The position numbers and the translations under genes are program-made. A model generated the notes under the pieces. That model was not told the origin of the DNA and ran no database searches. It saw only the letters and a program-made list of their open reading frames with translations. This document shows positions 40,901 to 54,000 of a stretch of DNA of 64,000 nucleotides, one piece after another. The first letter of the stretch is position 1. Every line of letters begins with the position of its first letter. This DNA is from Amoebophrya sp. A120. Its lineage: Eukaryota > Protista > Dinoflagellata. The stretch covers positions 6,125,207 through 6,189,206 of the forward strand of contig CAJINV010000005.1 in NCBI GenBank assembly GCA_905178155.1. The letters are read 5' to 3'.

Positions 40901-41962
40901 GCAGTCGTGACAAAATTGCTTCGTGGGCCCGGATATGGCCTGCAAAAAAGTATCGCACTCGTAGCAATCGCAGTCATGCATTACAAATCTCCATCCCAAG
41001 GCAAATCAGCATGACAAATTCCGTTTCTCGTCATGCTCAGCAAATTTGTCATGCGATTCATACTAGTACGATGCTTTTGCACAGGATACCGGGGCAGTAC
41101 TCGCCCAACTGTAAAGTCGATCCCGCGGGCGTCAAAATCGGCGTGTGCTCAGACAACCCCATAATCTGATTCTGGTCCGCGTTGGGGGAAGTGTCGCGGT
41201 CGAAGGTGCAAAAACAGGTCGGAATACAGGTTGTTTTCGTTACTTCCTGCCCACTACCTTCGCACTTTAATTTGACGGCATTCAGCACCTGCGCGGGGGT
41301 TTTGAAGTGGCGGGTGGCGTAATCAGCGGTCGTTGGATCGTGTACGGGGTCGATTTCGGGGCTCTGGGAATGGTAGTGGTATCAACTGCAAAGGTGTCTG
41401 GGTCTGGAAGAGTTGGGGCTTGTCATGCACATTTTGCATGACCCGTGAGGTCTGTGATGCTGGTGCTAGCATCACAGATTTTTTGAGCCCCTCTTGATGC
41501 TAATTACGCATGAAAAATGCCCTCTCTGTGTGCCAAGAGCTGACTCCTCTTGCTGCTCATGCAACACAGACATTCTTACAATCCGCAGACAGCATTACAA
41601 GTTCCACTCTTCCAGACCCAGACATTCTTGCAGTTCATAAGTGGTCCGCACACACGAAGCCACTCTCCGTGTGCCAGTCCGCGTTTGCGCCTGGGGATTT
41701 TTTACGAAAGTTCTCATATGTAGTATATCACCTCCCATAGTACCAGCACGACAGCACAAAGAGGAAACCATACTCATCATCATTCACCATCATCGCCTAT
41801 CGTCATCGAATCAAAAACAAGAAATTTCCAAACTAAGAAAACAGTCAACAGGAGAATTATCCATGCACAGGAATACAAAGCATCATCTGGAAGGGAACAT
41901 TAGTGCTCATCATGCAAAAACATGCATACTCCTCGTGATAGTGGCAAAAAGAAAAATCATAT

Positions 41963-42001
<39 letters not shown>

Positions 42002-45000
42002 TTGTAATTCCAAAAGAGAGGGAGAGGTCATCTAGTACTGCTACTACGTGGCCGTGGTCTACTATGCATGCATAGAATCATGATACTGCAGAAGAAAAAT
42101 TCGCGGAAGTTGTTCGAAGCCAGCATGCATGTGCAAAAAAGAAAGTGCTGTATTCGACGTTGTATTGCTTCATCTATACACAAGTTGTAGCTGTGCTACT
42201 GTGAGGTCATAATCACCAGAATCAGCCGGTGGAGGTAGACGTCGCTGCGCATTTCAGAATCTTCTGATCATGCAAAGAAGTCGACCACGACCATCATGCA
42301 AAAGGGCGCTAAGGCTAATCGCATTTTTGGCATTCACAATCATAGTACTTACTTCTAAAAGGACCTGCGCAAGAACAATCAACATGTACATTCATCTTGA
42401 TGGAAAAAAAAAACTACTGCTACCACTATTAAACTGCTAGCACTACTAGGAAGAGAAATCAGGTTTAGTAGTTCTATAGAAGGACGAGAGCTCGGCGGTG
42501 GAGCAGTTCGGTCGCGATGTAATTCTTCCTTGAAGATCTCCTGTCGACGGTCGCCCGTGAGTAATCTTCTCGTCCTCTTCCAGCGCAAGGACCTCGCCCG
42601 CCACACTAGGCAGCACTACTAGCTGCCTCCTGCTGGTGTCATAAAATAAACGACCCGTTTTTCTCCCGCGCGGAGAAATTTTGGCGCAAGTTTTTGCCGT
42701 TCTTCTCCTCGTTCATCCCGCCGAGCGGGGCAGCTAAAAACAACTACTCGTTGTAGGTGAGGCAGTTCCGGGCCGTGTCGCCCTGCAGCACGACATGGCT
42801 CGACGTACAGAAAAACGAATCTCATCGTCATTCCGAGGTGGTCGTCTCACGGTGTCGTTGCGCGGCCTCCTCGAGTCATCACGCAGCTGGAATGTGTTTA
42901 CTTATTTCTCTTCGCCTTCCGCAAACGAAAACGAAGGCCTGCCCCTGATGTGCCACATATCGGACAGCTTTTCACCACGTTGCCGTTGCGAAATTTCGAT
43001 CGTATAGCCGGGTCAAGAAATGTTCTTGGAGGAACCATCATCGAGCTGCCCTGCCGTCCGTCGCTATCAATTGGTCCTGCTCGGGGACCTCGCCGTCGGT
43101 TATTTCGGTTTCGAAACAAGGAGCCGATCTTTAACTTTATCCCAGAAAAGAAAACCGCGCCCCCGCCGAGCTCTTCACGACCTGTATTGATAATACTGAA
43201 CCTGATTTCTCAGCATCTAAGTAAAAATGTTGTCGTGCCTCTAACCTAAAACTAGTACAAGAACTTTGTCTCGACTTAGATAGAAGACAAGCTGCAGGTA
43301 GCCGGCGCCCACGGTCGTTTTGGAACTTCTATATAGGCTGAGCCACAGAAAAAGCTGCAGCTGAATCACGGCGGAGATTTCTTCGTCCGGATAGAAGTCG
43401 ACACGAAACGCTTTTTATTCGGCGAAGAGGGCAGCACAAGGCTGTTCTTGGACTTACTCTACAGGTCCTTTCATGTCGGCCACCCAGCAGGTAAGAAGTA
43501 CTCCAAGTGGGTGCTCAGTGCTCGTCGCAATCCACCGCCGTGATTCTTGCAATTCGCAGTTCCAGACCTTGGGCGTGGCTACCTGCTAGTTCAGCTACGG
43601 AGGACAACATTTCTAAAAAAGTGCGACAATCGGAAGAATGGCCTGATCCTGTGATTTTAACCTGCTGAAGCGAATAAATACGGATTAGAACTTCTACAAC
43701 GCGCAAGAAAGGGACCTTTTGATTGCAAATAGGCTAGGCGGCAGAGATCGATACCTGCTACTTGTAGATGAGTAAACGTGACGGTGACAGCAATTTTTCT
43801 ACAAATTCAAATGGTAAAAACGAAGAGAATATTATCAATCATACCTCCGGGCACCGGATACAGCTCCCTTTTCGTCAGCGCTGTCTCCCAATCAATCCCG
43901 TACCAAACTCTTTCAGCGCTCTTCGGCTCTGCGCAGCCTAATTTACAGCAGTTCATCTCTTCCCGACAGACGTCCTCTGTTTCCCGCACGTTGTTGCAAA
44001 ACTCGACGGTCGGGTAATTCAAAAGCTCCGCCTTGTCGAAGGGCATTGGCAGCCCGGTCGTCGGACTCGTCAAGTTCACCCGCCGTTGGTACCAGGGGTT
44101 GGTTGTCGCACTCCCCGGGTTGGAGAAGTCTTGGTAGTGACACGAGATGTAGGAGCATTTGCTCCAACAGAGAATCTGTTCGTACTTTTGCGCCCCGGTG
44201 AGCGACCACTGGTAGGACGACGGTGGCTGCGCGGAGGCCGGCTGATACCTTACCCCATACTGGTTCGGCTCGTAGCAACTATCACACCGTTGCGCGTGGG
44301 GCGCGGGGCAATCCGTATTCGTTTTACTTCCGTGGGTGCAAGCACAAACGGGGGAACAGCCTTCGTGTTGAATCACCTGCCCGCCAGCCTTGCACTTGAA
44401 CCTCGCGGTACCGTGGTAGTCGTGGGAATTGCAACTATAGTACTTCTGGTTCGTCGCGGGATCCACCGCGGATACAGTCCACGCCGCCGCATTTCCCGCC
44501 GGGTAAAGTCCGGTGCTCGTACTATAGTCGTACCAGGTGAGCGCTTTGTTCCAATCGGGGACAATATCAAGTGCAAAAATGTCTGGGTCTGGAAGAATGC
44601 ACGTTTGTCATGCTTGTCTGGCATGACTCTTAAATCTGTCATGCACGTTACCCAAGAGCTCCACTTTTCTGTGGTGCAGAAACGCAGTTTGTCATGCAGA
44701 ATAGGTAACACCTAGAAGCTCAGAAACTTGTCATGCTGAGCCAGCATTTGTGGCCCCATCATGAGACACCACCCAGCATCACAAGTTTCCAGACCCAGAC
44801 ATTTTTACATTTGATACACGAAGTAGGTATTCAAGGAAATCGCATCCGTTGGCTTGTCGCAAGTATCCGCGCAGCAGGCGATGTGGTCGGTGACGTAGTC
44901 GCATTCGTAGCCCGCGCACTGAATGAGGGAGGAATCCACTTTCCTTAAAAAGCTCGTCGTCAGCGGGTTGCAGTTCAGCGCGCTGCACATCTGGGCGCAA

Positions 45001-48000
45001 CAGGTTTGGAAATCGGAGTTCGTCGTATCAAACACGGTGGAGCACTTTTCCCCTGCACAAATGTATGCATATGGAAAAGCACCGCAGTCGTACAAATTCT
45101 TGCAATCCTGCATGACAGCTCTGTTTTGCCTACCTGAATCTGCAAGACAAAGTCCATTTTTCGTCATTTTGCGGAAACTTGTCATGCCATTCATACGTAG
45201 TACGATACTTTTGCCATGCATAACACCGCATCAGAAGCAAGCGCGTTGTCCGATACCTCGTAGTTTCCCGCCGCCTGGCCGTGCTCGCAGAGTTGTTTCG
45301 CGTTGTCGGAACTGCACTTCTCGTGGCAATATGCAATACAAACTTCCCGTAGGTACTGAATGTACAAAATGCATGACAAATTTCACAGTCCTGGAAAAAA
45401 CTTTTGTCATGCAGAACAGAATCGGCGAAAAGTTCTGTGGTCATGCAGAAACAGAATTCATACGTGTACGGAAAATTTCCGGCGGATAGGCAACCGGTGA
45501 GTTCTACCAACGCCCCCGGCGCCAAACACCGCAGTTGCGCCGTGCCTGGGTGGGAGTCCGCGCATTTTAGATCCGGGTGCTGCTTAAACGCCATGGTGCT
45601 ATCCGGGTACAGAGACAGTTGCGGAGGTTGGCTATTTTCGGAAACCAGGATGTCCTGCCAGGTCTTGCTGTTGATCAATTTGTACCCGTAGCTTTCGTCA
45701 ATATTCGCCGGTGGCCGGCAGGATTCGATACAGCAACTCTTCTTGCAATCGATAAAGTTGTGCCACTGCTCGTCGCAGTACGTCACAAGCGGTTGTTTTG
45801 TGTAATACCACGCGCCGCCGGGGTTGTAGCCGTATTGACCAACTGTGCCGGTCGCCGGCGTCGGGTGCAGACTCGTACACGTGACCGCACTGCAGCTGGA
45901 CCAGCAGCGTTTCTCCAGATTGGTATCCACCCCAACCTCCGGCCGCAGGCGGTAATCCGGAAGACAGTCGAAGCAGTACTGCATATTCGGCCCGGGGCAC
46001 ACGCTCGGGTCGTGGTTCGGGCGCCCGATGTTTTCGAGGGTGAAAAGGGTTGCGTCCGACTTATGAGAGTGCACAAATCCCCCTCCCCCTCATTTGTCAT
46101 GCAAAATACCGAGCCCACCTCTTGCATTCAAGCCAGCTGCGCATGACAAGTGTTGGACGGCCAAACAGGACTAGACTCCATGTCCGGAGTTGTCATGCAA
46201 AAGCTACATTTGTGGCATTGCTTCTGTTGCTGCTCATGCAATATAAATCAGGGGGAGGGGGAGTTGTGCACTCTCATACGACTTGTCGTTGGTGCAGAAG
46301 CACGTCGGCCGACAGTACAACTTCTCCACCTCCTCGTCCTCCTGACTGCACTTCAACCGGGCTTGCTGGGACAAGTTGTCGATTTGCTGCTCGCTATACG
46401 ACGGTGTAAGCGTGCTGTGATACCCGTCCGCGCATTTGAACGACGCGTGCTCGAATTCCACTGCGTGAACCCCCGACCCGGTAGCCGGCGGGTACAGTCC
46501 GCGCATGGTCAAAGCTTATCAAATGCAAACATGTCACCTGGGTCTGGAAATTTTCCAGATTTGTCATGCATATTCTCCATGAGCCATGATGTCCGTGATG
46601 CATGCCGTAGCACCACAGATTTTTAAAGGGCTTTGTGATCATACCTCTACCGCATGAGAAATGCCCTCTCCACGTAGGACAATCCCGACCCCTCTTGCTG
46701 GTCATCCAATACAATTTTTTTTAGGATCCACAAACAGCATCACAAGTTGTGACCTTCCAGATCCAGACCCAGACATTTTTGCATTTGATAAAGCTGCTTC
46801 CCAATCGATTTTATAGCCAGTTTTGTCCAGCGGTTCCCGGCATACTTTCTGACAGCAGTTACCCGATTTGCTACATTGCTCCCTCGTGTCGCGCTTCTGG
46901 GTGCACCACCGGATTTCTGAGTAGGTGTCGACGGTGGTGATATCAAAATGACTCGGTGCAAAGTCGAGCCGCGGCTGAAACCAGGCGTTCGTCGACAGTT
47001 CCTTAAAGTGACAGTCGACGAAAGAGCACTTCGCCCAGCACCAATGATTGTCGTACCTCGCCCCATCCCCTATCGCAAGAAAAAACTGCTTCGCTGTAAA
47101 CTTGTAATGCAGAAAATGTATCCGTGAAGCGTCTGTCTTGCTACACATGCAAGACGCTGGATTTTTAGCTGTGTTTTCCCTTAGAAATCTCGCATGGCAA
47201 ATTTTCTGTGTGATGTAGAACAAACTTGTGATGCAAAACTTGCAAAATCCTTACAGTGAAACACTTTTTTCCTACGATATCCCCGTAGAACGGCGCGATT
47301 GTCGGCCACGTGTACACCTCATCCATCAAATCGCCTGTTGCAGCTGGCAACGGAGCCGCCACGACCCACGCGACGGCGCCGCTGTTGTAGTTCGGAATGT
47401 TGTCCCCAGCGAGTTGCTCGACGGTCCACCGGTTTTTCCCCGCGGCCCCTTGCGACGACCAGACCTGTATCGAAAGGAAAAATCCCCCCTCCCCATACTG
47501 AAATGGTATATTTTTCGATATTTGTGATGCTCATTTGTGGCCACAAATCGTGTCTGTATTGCAAGAAGGCAACTCCGCAGGCTCCGCCGCATTGTGCAGG
47601 CGGTTTGTCATGCTGTTGGGCCTACAGCGCGGATGTTTTTCATGCTAAGCGCCTAGCCCAAAACCTTTCTACTCACGCTTGATATGGGCCTGCAGTGCTC
47701 TTCAGCGAGACAGCTCGGATTGTGTACACAAATCCAGCATCAGAAGTTTCGTTTTGATGTGGGGAGGGGGGATTTTTCCTCTCGATAACCTGCACGGTAG
47801 TCGTCGGTGCCTGCGTACGGTCCGCAGACATGAGCGCGTAGCCGATGCCGTTACTGTCTTTCCCCACATCAATCAAGCGCCACTTTGACGCCCCGGTGCC
47901 GATCTGGATGAATTTGGGCCCGAAGGATATTTTTGCGGCGGCAAAGCTTTGTAAAAAATCCCGGCTCGGCCAGGGACTCCAGCTTGTGCGCTTCAAAAAT

Positions 48001-51000
48001 GACGTGTGGAGCGGAAGATTATCCGGTGTCGTTCCGCCGTTGGCAAAGTTAGCCCAGTTGTTGCTCCGAAAAATTTCCGCCGTCCGAATATCCGCGGTTA
48101 TTTGCCCATTTTCGGGTAGATACGCGATCCCGAAGTGCGAAAGGTTGACAACGCCCCCGTTCGTGGACAAGCCAAACCGCCACCGGCCAAATTGCAGGAA
48201 TCGGTCGCCGAAATACACCCCCTGAACAGCACCCCCGGCAGCATCAGCAACGGGTCGGCTCCATAAAACCGCGGAGCTACCCGTCAGATCCGAACCGCAC
48301 AACGCTTGCACGGCAGCACTTGCCAAACACTGCGCGACCGTCCCGGCGTTGCCACCCGTGCGGCACACATGCCCGTTGCTGGTCCAAATAGTCGCAATCT
48401 GCTCCCCCCGGTGCTGCAGGATCAAACACGAAGATCCAGTCGCACTGCTGATTTCTCCCAGCCGCCAGTCGCCGAACTCGACGAAGCGATCCCCAAACGT
48501 CACCATACTACCCGCCGGCGTGGGAAGCATCCGCGGGCTGACTTCCCGTAACGCGTACAGCTATGCATTGCAAAAGCATCATACGTAGTGAAAATAAATA
48601 GCACCACAAATTTTTTCAGAAGGACGAAAAATGCAATTTGTCATGCCAAATTAGCGTAAGCAAACCAGATCTGTCATGCTATATAGTACGATACTTTTGC
48701 AAAAATGGATAACAGCTCATTGTCGGCGATTAAGTCCGCGGTCGGCGTGAATTGTGCCACGAGTTCCACCGACGAATCTGTTTGCTCGCAGGCGATGCAC
48801 CGTTGTGCGTGCGGGGCCGGGCAGTTTTGGTCGTCCGGGTCAACTATCAATTGCAAATATGTCTGGGTCCGGAAGGTTCTGAGACTTGTCACGCACGTTT
48901 TGCATGAGCCATGACGTCTGCGATGCATGCCCTAGCATCACAGATTTTCTGAGGTCTTCTTGGTGCCTATTCTGCATGACAAACGCCCTCAATCTCTCCG
49001 CGTAGCAGAAATGAGAATCATTTTGCTGCTCATGCATTTAGAGATTTTTTTGACATCGAAACGCAGCATCACAAGTTGCAACCTTTTTCCAGACCAAGAC
49101 ATATTTGCATTTGATATCAACGGTGCCAAACGCGCAGTCGCAGATCGGCAGACAACCACGAAACTGGATCTCGCCGTTATTTTCGTTCGGGTTGCACTTG
49201 AACTCCGCGATGGAATGGGGGTGATAATTCTCACTGTTGCAGGCGAACCTTGCGACGTCAAAGGTCGGTCCGGTGACAATGCCAGTTAAGTCTGTCGACT
49301 GCACCTGTCACAGGAAAAAGTGTTGACGTTAACGGAATTTGTGATGCAGCAATGCATCACAAAAAGCGTCAGAATTTGTCATGCATAGCATGCATATTGG
49401 GCTACATTTGTGATGCATGGCTGCAATCTGTGAAAACTGTAAACGTTAACACTTTTATTTCCTGTGATAGCACCCAGCCATCTCCTACGTTCGCCGGTAC
49501 GGTTGGATAGAGAGCCGCGTCGGTGAGAACCGCGTTCCAGTCGGGAGTCACGACAAACTGCTTCTCCTCGTGCATTACTGCAGGTTTGGTGCATATCAAG
49601 TGCAAAAACGTCACCAGCACCCCAGACTTGTCATGCAGAGTTGCATCTACAGAAACGTTTGTAATGCGGGTTCCCATGAGGGACATTTCTAGTCGTGACT
49701 TGAAATTTGTAATGCTGGAAACAGGATGAGCAGATGGATTTGTGATGCGGATGCCGTTACGAAGAACCCGCACGATGCTCCGGACTGCAACTTGTCATGC
49801 GTGGCTCCCAAAGCTCCTAGATTTGTGTTGCCAAGTGTCCAACTTGACCACTATAGGGGTGGGACGTTTTTACTCAGGATAGTGCACGCCCGGACGCAGC
49901 AAGTGTCCAGGTCGGTCGCCTCGGTACATTGGTAGTCGGCACACTGATATGAACTGCAAAAGCATCGCACTCGTAGTAATTGCAACCATGCATTACAAGT
50001 CATTTTCTTGAGGTAAATCCGCATTGTAAATTTTATTTCTCATGCTGAGGAAATTTGTGATGCATTTATACGAGTACGATACTTTTGCAATGCATAACTG
50101 AGTCGACGCGTGGTTGCTTCGTTTCAAGTACCCGAACGGGCAGGTTAATGCTGTGCACCGCTGCGCTATCAACTGCAAAAGTGTCTGGGTCTAGAAACTT
50201 GTAATGCTGCGTTGGGAATAGCGAATGCTCTGCAATCCACAGGCAAGCATGAGAAATATTAATATTTGCGTTTCTTTGTGTTGCCTTGTTCGCATGACGA
50301 ACTGCGTTTTTGCATGACAGGCAAAAGGGTCTCTTCTTGGACACGCATGACAAACTTTTTGGTCATGCCAGACAAGCATGACAAATCTCGCAATCTTCCA
50401 GACCCAGACACTTTTGCATTTGATATGCGCGCAGCAGGTTTTGAAGTCCGGGGAGGTGAGAAATCCGGAGTTGGCGTGGCAGGTGTTGGTATCGCAAACA
50501 TACGCCGTGGGCGTCGTCGCCGCATTGGTTTTGACCTCGTAGTTATCAAAAGTAAAAATGTTTGTGATGCAGGGTAGCGTCTCATGATGAGGCTACCAAT
50601 GCTGGCTCAGCATGACAAGTTCCTGAGCTCCTAGGTGTTGCCTATTCTGCATGACAAACTGCGCTTCTGCATCACAGAAAAACGGAGCTCTTGGGTAACG
50701 CGCGTGACAGATTTAAGAGTCATGCCAGACAAGCATGACAAACATGAATTCTTCCAGATCCAGACATTTTTACAATTGATAGTAGTCCTGTCCCGCCGTG
50801 GCGCACAAATACCGGCCGTTCGGCGATATCAATATGAAAAATCCCCCCTCCCCATATCAAAGTGGAAATTTCTGATTTTGGATGGCTAAGGGCTGGGCGT
50901 CCCCGAGTAGACTATATCTAAAAAACTTAAACCACATACCCGGTAAACTCTAGTAGGATTTTTATTTGGACGATGTGATTTCTACCGAAAGACAGCAACA

Positions 51001-54000
51001 GCAGCTCCTGGGAAGGCGGCGTAGAGAGCTGTGTTGTTATCTGAGTAGAAATAACTTCGTACAAATTTGCCCACTAGCACCGAGGGATCAAAAAAAGTAT
51101 AGAGAGGAGTACTACCAAAAAGAAAAAACTAGTTCTAATTCCACTATATATAAAAACGCCCTAAAGCTGGCACCCTCGCACTGGTACAACTGAAAGACCA
51201 CCAAAGTGGAAATTTCTGATGCTGGTTTGCGTACTCAAATCCGACTTGTCGTGCAGTAAGGCACCGCGGCCAAATCCGCAGCCTAGGTGGGAGCGCTCAG
51301 GTCTAGTTGTTCAGCATTGCAAACGGCTACCCTCTAGGACCAACAGCATGTCAATTCGCTCTCACAATTGGGCGGATTCCTCTGCACTTGTCTTCTTGCA
51401 AGACAGACCTGATTTGTGGTCACAAATCAGCAGCACAAATTTTCGGAAACATACCTTTTCAATATGGGGAGGGGGGATTTTTTCTCTTGATAGGCGAGTC
51501 GCACTTCTCGCGGCAGCCATTCATTTCCACTTCCAGCTCCGGGCCTAGGCACCGGTACTGCGCTGTTCCGTGGTGGGTGGGTTCACAGAGAAAATAGGTG
51601 TCCCAACTGTGGTAAACGGGGTTGGCCGCCCCCGTCTGCGGGTAGCCCCGGGTGGCAGAGGTCAGGGCGTGGAGCCAGGAGACGCCGGATTTGAATGTGT
51701 ATCCATACCCGGTTGTCCCCGGCGTTTCCTGGTTCACCGGCGGGTAGCAGCCGAGGACGCAGCAGGAATCCAGACAATTTTGCCACCGGTACTTTTGCTC
51801 CGAACAGAACCGGTCCGGGTTAGCTTGGTTGGTCAGGTAGTACGCACCGACGGAGTTGTGCGCGGTTGATTGGTCCTCACACGAGTCTGTGTTATCCTGC
51901 GGCGGGTTCCCCGACGTGAACGAACTGCAGTCCGCCCAACACCGGACCTCGCCGTTGCTATCAAGCGGCTTCAGCTTGTGTATCCTGTGCAAAAGCATCG
52001 CACACCTCGTAGTAATTGCGTTTATGCATGAGTTTTCTTTTTCTAAAGGTATATCAGCATTACAAATTCATTTGCAATGCTGGGCTAGTTTGTAATGCAA
52101 TTCATACTAGTACGATACTTCTACAGTTCGTATTGTGTTTGTCGTTGCAACTCGTGCAGTACTGTTTCTATGACAGTGCACAACTCCCCCTCCCTCTCAT
52201 TTGTGATGCAAAACCCTAAGTCCAAGTGCTTTCCTGTGGCACTGTTTGCATGACAGATTCCGGAAGCCCAAACAGTACTGCACGAGGCGCATGAATTTGT
52301 CATGCACAGGCTCCACGTGTGGTGGTGTTTGTATTGCTGTTCATCTTATACAACTGAGGCGGAGGGGGAGTTTTGCACTCTCATAGTTTCCGTTGCGACT
52401 CGTGAACGATCCCCGCCGGCCGGGGGCACCGGAGCTGGCCGGCGATCAGTTCGTCTGACCTTACCGGCGTATGCATTGCAAATTATGTGTATGTCTGGGT
52501 CTGGAAATTTGTGATGCTACAATGTGACTGGTGGGCGCACTGCAATACGCAGCCCGGCACGACAAATTTTTGAGCTGCTCTTGTGTTTCGTTTTCCGCAT
52601 GGCAAACTGCGTTTCTGCGTGACAAACAAGAGGCCCTTTTCCTGCTCCTGCATCACAGACTTATGGTTATGACTCATGCCAGACAAGTATGACAAACTTG
52701 CATTCTTCAAGACCCAGACGTTTTTGCATTTGATACGGCGTGCCGATTTGCAACTCCTGGTCTGCCGGAGTAGTCATTTGGTCCGCGGTGCACCGGCAAA
52801 TGGGGTTGCAGCCTTTGACCTGCAGTTCCGTATCCGGGTCCTCACATTTCAAACTGGCTTGGTACCCATTCAGACTCACGAGGGACTCGTAGTTGAACTT
52901 GCACGTGTAATTGGCCTCGGTCTGCCACACACTAACACCCGCCCCGTGGGGGTAGAGTTCCTCGGAGATGATCACGCTGTGCCATTGGATGTTGTAGGGG
53001 ATCTTCGCGAACGCGGACGGTTCCCGGCAGCCCTTGACGCAGCACCGATCCTGGTCGGTTGGTCGGTCGCATTCCCAATCTGTGCACTGGATCTATCGCA
53101 GGAAAAAAGTGTTACAGGTACACATTGTGTTGCAAGACCGGCAACACAGATAACCTTTCTAATGCAGGAAATGCTTGGGAGCCTCGTTTCCTTCCTGTTT
53201 TCCCTTATGATTTTCGCATTACAAGTTTTCCCTGCCACACAGAGAAAATAATTTGTGATGCAGAAACTCCAACAAATGTGTAACTGTAACACTTTTTTCT
53301 CGTGATAGGATCTGCGCCTCGTTTAACCGCTTGTGATACACCGCGGGCGCAACGTATCGCAAGAAAAAACTGCTTCACTGTAAACTTGGGATGCATAGAA
53401 TGAAACACAGACGCAGTTGTCTTGCTAAGATGCAAGACATTGGGTTTTTAGCTCTGTTTTCATCCCTTAGGAACCTCGCATGGCAAGTTTCCTTTGTCAT
53501 GTATATACGAACTTGTGACGCAAAACTGGCAAAATCCTTTACAGTGAAACACTTTTTTCTCACGATACAACGTTGTCGCAGGTCAAAGCTGTGCACATTT
53601 GGGCGCAGCAGTGCCGGAAATCCGAATTCGTGTTGACGATGTCGTATTCCGTTTCGCACATCATCTCTTTGCACTGCCGCCCCGTGTTGGTGATCACCTC
53701 GTAGTTGTTATGGGATTCTCAGCTGTTACACTCTCAACTGTTTTTACACGAATTTGTGATGCAAGAATAGAAAAAGTGAGAGAAGGGAGCTTGTTGCACC
53801 TCTCGCATTACAAATTTGGCACAGATTCCCATGCTGCTTAGCCCTTCAAAAATTTGTCATGCGAAGTAGCTTCATCGTGTGCATCCATGCTGATGAGCAT
53901 TTTGCATAACAAATCGTGTAATGGTTGAGAGTGTAACGTTTGAGAAGGCCATAGTTGTGAAAAATGGGGTCGAAACTGCTGGTCCCAGTGACTGTGTCGA

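Noticed and set aside
41641-42075. Poly-His ORF
   Set aside because: It arises from a (CAT)n microsatellite inside a probable intron.
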